From the NCBI GenBank assembly GCA_051294375.1, contig JBJCIZ010000744.1:1664262-1728261 (forward strand): 64,000 bases of DNA. The letters are read 5' to 3'. This document shows, piece by piece, positions 59,401-64,000 of the stretch. This stretch comes from Paraspadella gotoi (Eukaryota > Animalia > Chaetognatha). Numbering within the stretch: the stretch's first letter is position 1; each line of letters opens with the position of its first letter. A model generated the notes under the pieces. It was given only the letters and a program-made list of their open reading frames with translations, ran no database searches and was not told the DNA's origin. The translations under genes and the position numbers were made by a program.

Positions 59401-61066
59401 AGCCACCGGGTCACGACTGACTGACCGACCAATTGTTTAATCGTTCGATTTTCGTTAAACCAGAGTTGATCTTTATTTTTTCTTTCAGCTCCGACGACGA
59501 AGACGACGACGGCAACAGCTACGATATGTTGGACGACGTTTTGTCCGACAAAAACATCGTCCGCACCAAGTCTCTCCTCTTCGTGTCCGATTTGAGCCGA
59601 AAAAACGCGCGGGTCATCTCCAGAAAATATTACCTCTACTTTTTGAACTTGGGTCAGTAAATATGAGGAGAATAAAAAGGGTCGTGAGTTAACCCAACCC
59701 CTTTAATCGGCCTTATCCTCTCGCCCGCTTATAGCTTGATGCTTAATATCGTAAAAAGTATTATTATGGCAACAGGGGGACATGTGTGATGCTTGGGGTG
59801 TGAGGCATCTCCCGACAGCTGGCGCTCAGGGCTTTGGACCTGCAGTGACGACCCCACGTCACTGGCATGTTTATGCCGACACCATCACACTTTAACCAGC
59901 ATGACCGTGAGGGGATTGAACCCGGAACTCACGGTTGGTGAACGAGTACTTAGCTGTCCAAGCCAATGGGACGAGCTGAGTTTCACCAAGCTATACGGGA
60001 GGCGAATTTAGAATTCGCCACATTACTTATTTTTGACCTTGGGTTAGTAAATTAAAAAGTAATAGTTGTTACTTGTTTAGTCCACTATATCGCGAGAAAA
60101 TATTACCTCTACCTCTTAAACTTGGGTCAGTAAATCTTAGAAGACAGAGCACTGAACTCTCCCAACTACTTGACTTCGCTTTACTATTTAATTTACTTTC
60201 TCTTGACTATTTTTGACCTTAAATTAGTCATTGATAAGAGACATTAGAGCGTTAAGGCGCTCCCTCCCTTAGCCCACATACTCTACCTCGCTTCACTTAT
60301 AAGAAGTCCTTTAACAATAAGTCACCTCACCTTCTCCAACTTTTAGTCACCATTTCCGTATTCTACGCGCTGCCGGTCATGCAGTTGGTCATGACTTACC
60401 AAACGACTCTGCAGGTGACGGGGAACGAGGATACGTGCTACTACAATTGGAGATGCGCCTACAGATTGGGGCCCGGTGAGTTGAGAAGAAATGTGAGCTT
60501 TAAACTCATTAAGCCTACATATTGGGGCCCGGTGAGTTGAGAAGAAATGTGAGCTTTAAACTCATTAAGCCGAAAAACCCGTATCTCAGCTCAGGGGTTG
60601 AATTTTGAAAATTGCCTCGATGTAAAATTTCATACATTTTGGTCCCGTGGTTTTTCTTGGAACTCATTCTGTGCTCGTAAAATCCAAAGCGCATTTTCTA
60701 ACATTCTGTATTCTTTCAAGTTTTATGCGACCATAATAGTAAACTTTATTTACAGGTTTAGCTTATTGACATTTGTATTAGGTTGTAAATTACATTTATA
60801 TTTGTATATTACTTTACAGTTAACGACTTCAACAACGTCGCCTCTAACATGGGCTACGTCTTTCTCGGCTGCTTGTTTCTCGCCCTCGTCGCTAGGAGAG
60901 AGTTGCTGTATCACAGGTGGGAGGGCTTTTAAAATTAATGTCACTAGGCCTAGTTAATTAATCATTATATTTTTTGTTTAATATTTTAGAAATCTCAAGT
61001 TAAATCCCCTCGTCGAGAGCTACTACGGTCTTCCCCAGGTTTGTGTTTTTGTGTAAATGTTTGTTT

Positions 61067-61105
<39 letters not shown>

Positions 61106-63291
61106 GGGTTCGCCGGGATACAGCAGTTTTTGCCTCTTAATTTTTGTCCCGACTGAAAAGACAAACCCAAAAAAATGATCGGTTCCATGATGGAGTTTTT
61201 TCGGTGTGTATCTAAATAAGAATAAGCACTAGTTTGCCAAATTTTAATAATTAATAATCATATTTCATCAATCATTTATTAAAAAAAAAACCCGCCTCTA
61301 GCACTTCGGCCTTCTCTACGCCCTCGGGTTCGGCCTGGTCATGGAAGGCGTCATGTCCGCCTGCTACCACATCTGCCCCAACAAGACCAACTTTCAGTTC
61401 GACACATCCTACATGTACATGCTCGCCTGTTTGCAGATGCTCAAGATTTACCAGAGTCGTCATCCGGACATCAACGCCGGTGAGAAAATATTTTCACGTT
61501 TGTGAGTCGAATTCGTTTATTTTGTGTGACGACGGTCTTAATATTTAATATTGATATTTATATATCTCTCTCTCTCTTTCTTTCTCTCTCTCTCAAGTAA
61601 ATTAAGTCATGTTCAGACAGTTTTTTCTTTTGTAAGTCCATTTCTCCATCGATTAATTCTTTTATTTATTCATTAAACTGTTCATTCCTTCATTTTTCTT
61701 CTCATCTCTTCTTTTATCCCTTCTCTCTTTCATTCACTCTTTTATTCTTTTCTTCATTCTCTTCTTCATTTTTTCCTTAATTCTTTCCTTCATTCTCTCC
61801 TTCATTCTTTCCTTCATTCTCTCCTTAATTCACTCTTTCATTCTTTCTTTCATTCTCTCAATCATTCTTTCATTCACTCTTTCATTCACTCTTTCATTCA
61901 CTCTTTCATCCCTTCCCTCCCCTAATTCTCTCATACATTCATTCCTTTTTTCTTCTTTCCATCCTCCCCCTGCTCCCCTCCCCCCAATAGGCTCCCACGC
62001 GGCGCTGGGCACCTTCGCGGGTCTCATCCTCGTCGCCCTCATCGGCGTCCTCTACGGGACCACGCCCTTCTACGCCGTCTACGGAGTCATCCACGTCCTC
62101 GCCGCTCTCGGCCTCTCGGCGCAGATTTATTACATGGGACGATGGAGACTCGACTCGGGAGTTTTTAGAAGAACCTGGTGAGATTTTAAAAAGGAGGTGG
62201 GAGTAATTAATTAATCAATTGCTTGTTAATTAAACGATGATTGATTATTTTGATCGCTCATTCGATCGGCTTCTCCGCAGGCTGATCATCCGTAACGACG
62301 TCGTGCGCTGCACCCGCCCTTCATATCCCGACCGCCTCTTCCTCATCCTCATCGGAAACATCGTCAACTGGTCCCTCATCGGTTATGGTGAGTTTAAAGG
62401 GGAATTAAAAGAGGTGAGTAAAGAGCGTGAGGGAGCGAGTCCTTTGTGTGATCTTATCATCTTCGGTTGTCCTATTAATCTCATTGGAGACAATTTTTCA
62501 GCTCTAAATATCACAGCGGTTTTAAGTACTCGATTACTTCCTTTCTTACTTCCTCGCTCAATTCCTTGAAATTCGTACAACACAAAAATTATTTATTCAT
62601 ACCATTTAAGGCAACGTGGGTAAAATTTACAATTCAATGATTCTGCAAGCTGATTGGTCGATTCCGTTCGTGCTTGACCAATCAGGATTCGGCGATTCCA
62701 TTTCGCTTGATCCGATTCGATTTTGGTGGCTTGATACTCCTGCGATGATACAAAGAGTAAGCTATCTTGTCACCCAATGGTGGTTTAAGGCCTCCATCCC
62801 TCTGACAAGATAATAGCATAGCAGGACACAGCAAAGCTTTCAAACAAGATTCTCTCCAGTCTAGTTTAAAACTCCTCGGATTCCCTATCAATGAAATGGT
62901 ATAATATGTTTAAAAAATGTTTTGATTGTATGAAAGTCCATCGCCACTCACCTTTCCTCCTCGCCCTCTCTTCATTCTCCCCATCCAACCTCTTCCTCCG
63001 TTTCTTCCCACCGCCCCCCCTGACCTCACCCTTCCTTACCCCAAACCCACTCAACAAAAGGGGCGATCCTGAACGACTTCGCGACTTACCTCGTCGCCGT
63101 CTTCATCGTCAACCTCCTCCTTTACTTCGCCTTCTACATCATAATGAAGATCCGCGCCGGCGAACGCGTGCTGCTCTTACCGCTCTGCTGCATCCTGCTA
63201 ATGACGCTGTCCTGGGGAGTCGCCATTTACTTCTTCGCGCAAGTCAAGTCCGATTGGTGAGAGAGAGAGAGAGAGAGAGAGATGAAGAGAG

Positions 63292-63329
<38 letters not shown>

Positions 63330-63550
63330 CTAAATTTACCACATCTTCCCCCCCCCCTCCCAATTCCAGGGACGTCTCCCCCGCAGAGTCCCGCGAACTC
63401 AACGCCCCCTGTCTTCTCCTCGGATTCTACGATCATCACGACATTTGGCATTTCGTCTCCGCCTTCGCTCTCTTCTTCTCCTTCTGCATTCTTTTGACTC
63501 TCGACGACGATTTGACGCAGATCCCGCGCCACAAAATCAGCGTCTTTTGA
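53487..63550 (+). CDS. SIDT: SID-1/SIDT family multipass transmembrane protein, ~20 exons
   Basis: [77 protein letters not shown] and DDDL…KI-VF, with a signal-like N-terminus. Confidence 0.93.
57625..57785 (-). mobile_element. Dispersed repeat family copy (SID-1 intron)
   Basis: gctattttgcccctgactttggaca…gcaagctttcaatcaagactctctcacag. Confidence 0.82.
59210..59410 (-). mobile_element. tRNA-derived SINE-like element (3' end approximate)
   Basis: The − strand reads CCCGGTGGCTCATTGAG (A-box-like) … CCGGGTTCAATCCC (B box), with no complete cloverleaf. Confidence 0.55.
59765..59978 (-). mobile_element. Second tRNA-derived SINE-like element (3' end approximate)
   Basis: The − strand reads TTGGCTTGGACAG (A-box-like) … CCGGGTTCAATCCC (B box). 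Confidence 0.5.
62757..62945 (-). mobile_element. Dispersed repeat family copy (SID-1 intron)
   Basis: taagctatcttgtc…ggtttaaggcctccatc…ttccctatcaatgaaatggtataat. Confidence 0.8.
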
Positions 63551-64000
63551 CGCGGATCCTGTGACGAGAGTGTTTTTGAGGCGGATGCGTTTGCTCTTGT
63601 TGGCCCTGATCCCTGATCCGGGACGTGAGAGTACGAGTTAAATGATCAGCGGATATTGAAGATCCTGCGCCATTTTATGCTGATATGGATGGGCTTGTGA
63701 CGCAATTTGGCGCCCCAGGCAGTTATCTTCCTTCTGTGATTCCAATTTTCAAATCCTCTTTGGGTTTGACGAGTCTCCAAGTCTTGGACCAAGAGACGAG
63801 ACGAGGCGTCACCGAAACGTCACCGAAACATTTGCGAACGATTTACCGTCGTGAATGTATGAATTTGGCCATCGCGTAGTCAAAACTTCCCCGTCTTTTT
63901 CGCTGTGAAAAGTTTAAGTACACATTTGCCGTCATATTTTTTTTTTGTCAATGATCTCCGGTTTTTTTTATTATTTGCATCAAATCATGGTTGTGGCCTT

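Noticed and set aside
59340-59980. True tRNA genes
   Set aside because: A/B-box-like motifs are present, but there is no complete cloverleaf or acceptor stem, so I treated them as SINE heads.

Overview
Gene-dense animal (metazoan) genomic DNA with GC-rich exons, AT-rich spliceosomal introns and many (CT)n/(GA)n tracts. I reconstructed about 20 protein-coding genes by hand, and all lie on the + strand: PRMT1 (3' part), RCL1, an RGG/acidic/Ser-Thr-rich orphan, a 59-aa membrane microprotein, two JHAMT-like SAM methyltransferases, a C1orf109/AIRIM homolog, two DUF885 metallopeptidase-like paralogs, a CEBPZOS homolog, TAF5, six APH/EcKinase-like phosphotransferases plus fragments, a ~1,230-aa coiled-coil protein, a short ZNHIT6-like gene and SID-1. 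Mobile DNA includes a decayed DIRS1-like retroelement in a TAF5 intron, a Tc1/mariner-type MITE, a ~280-bp dispersed repeat (about 10 copies), two tRNA-derived SINE-like elements and a palindrome carrying Penelope-type hammerhead cores. The main finding is that methyltransferase 1 is split. Exons 1-2 (9887-10483) and exons 3-4 (26543-28196) join in frame across a 16,059-bp intron that holds five complete same-strand genes, including TAF5. The two ends of that intron carry a perfect 20-bp complementary pair (10701-10720 / 26357-26376). This suggests RNA-bridged long-range cis-splicing or trans-splicing within a unidirectional, possibly polycistronic cluster. All family assignments come from remembered motifs; no database search was run.
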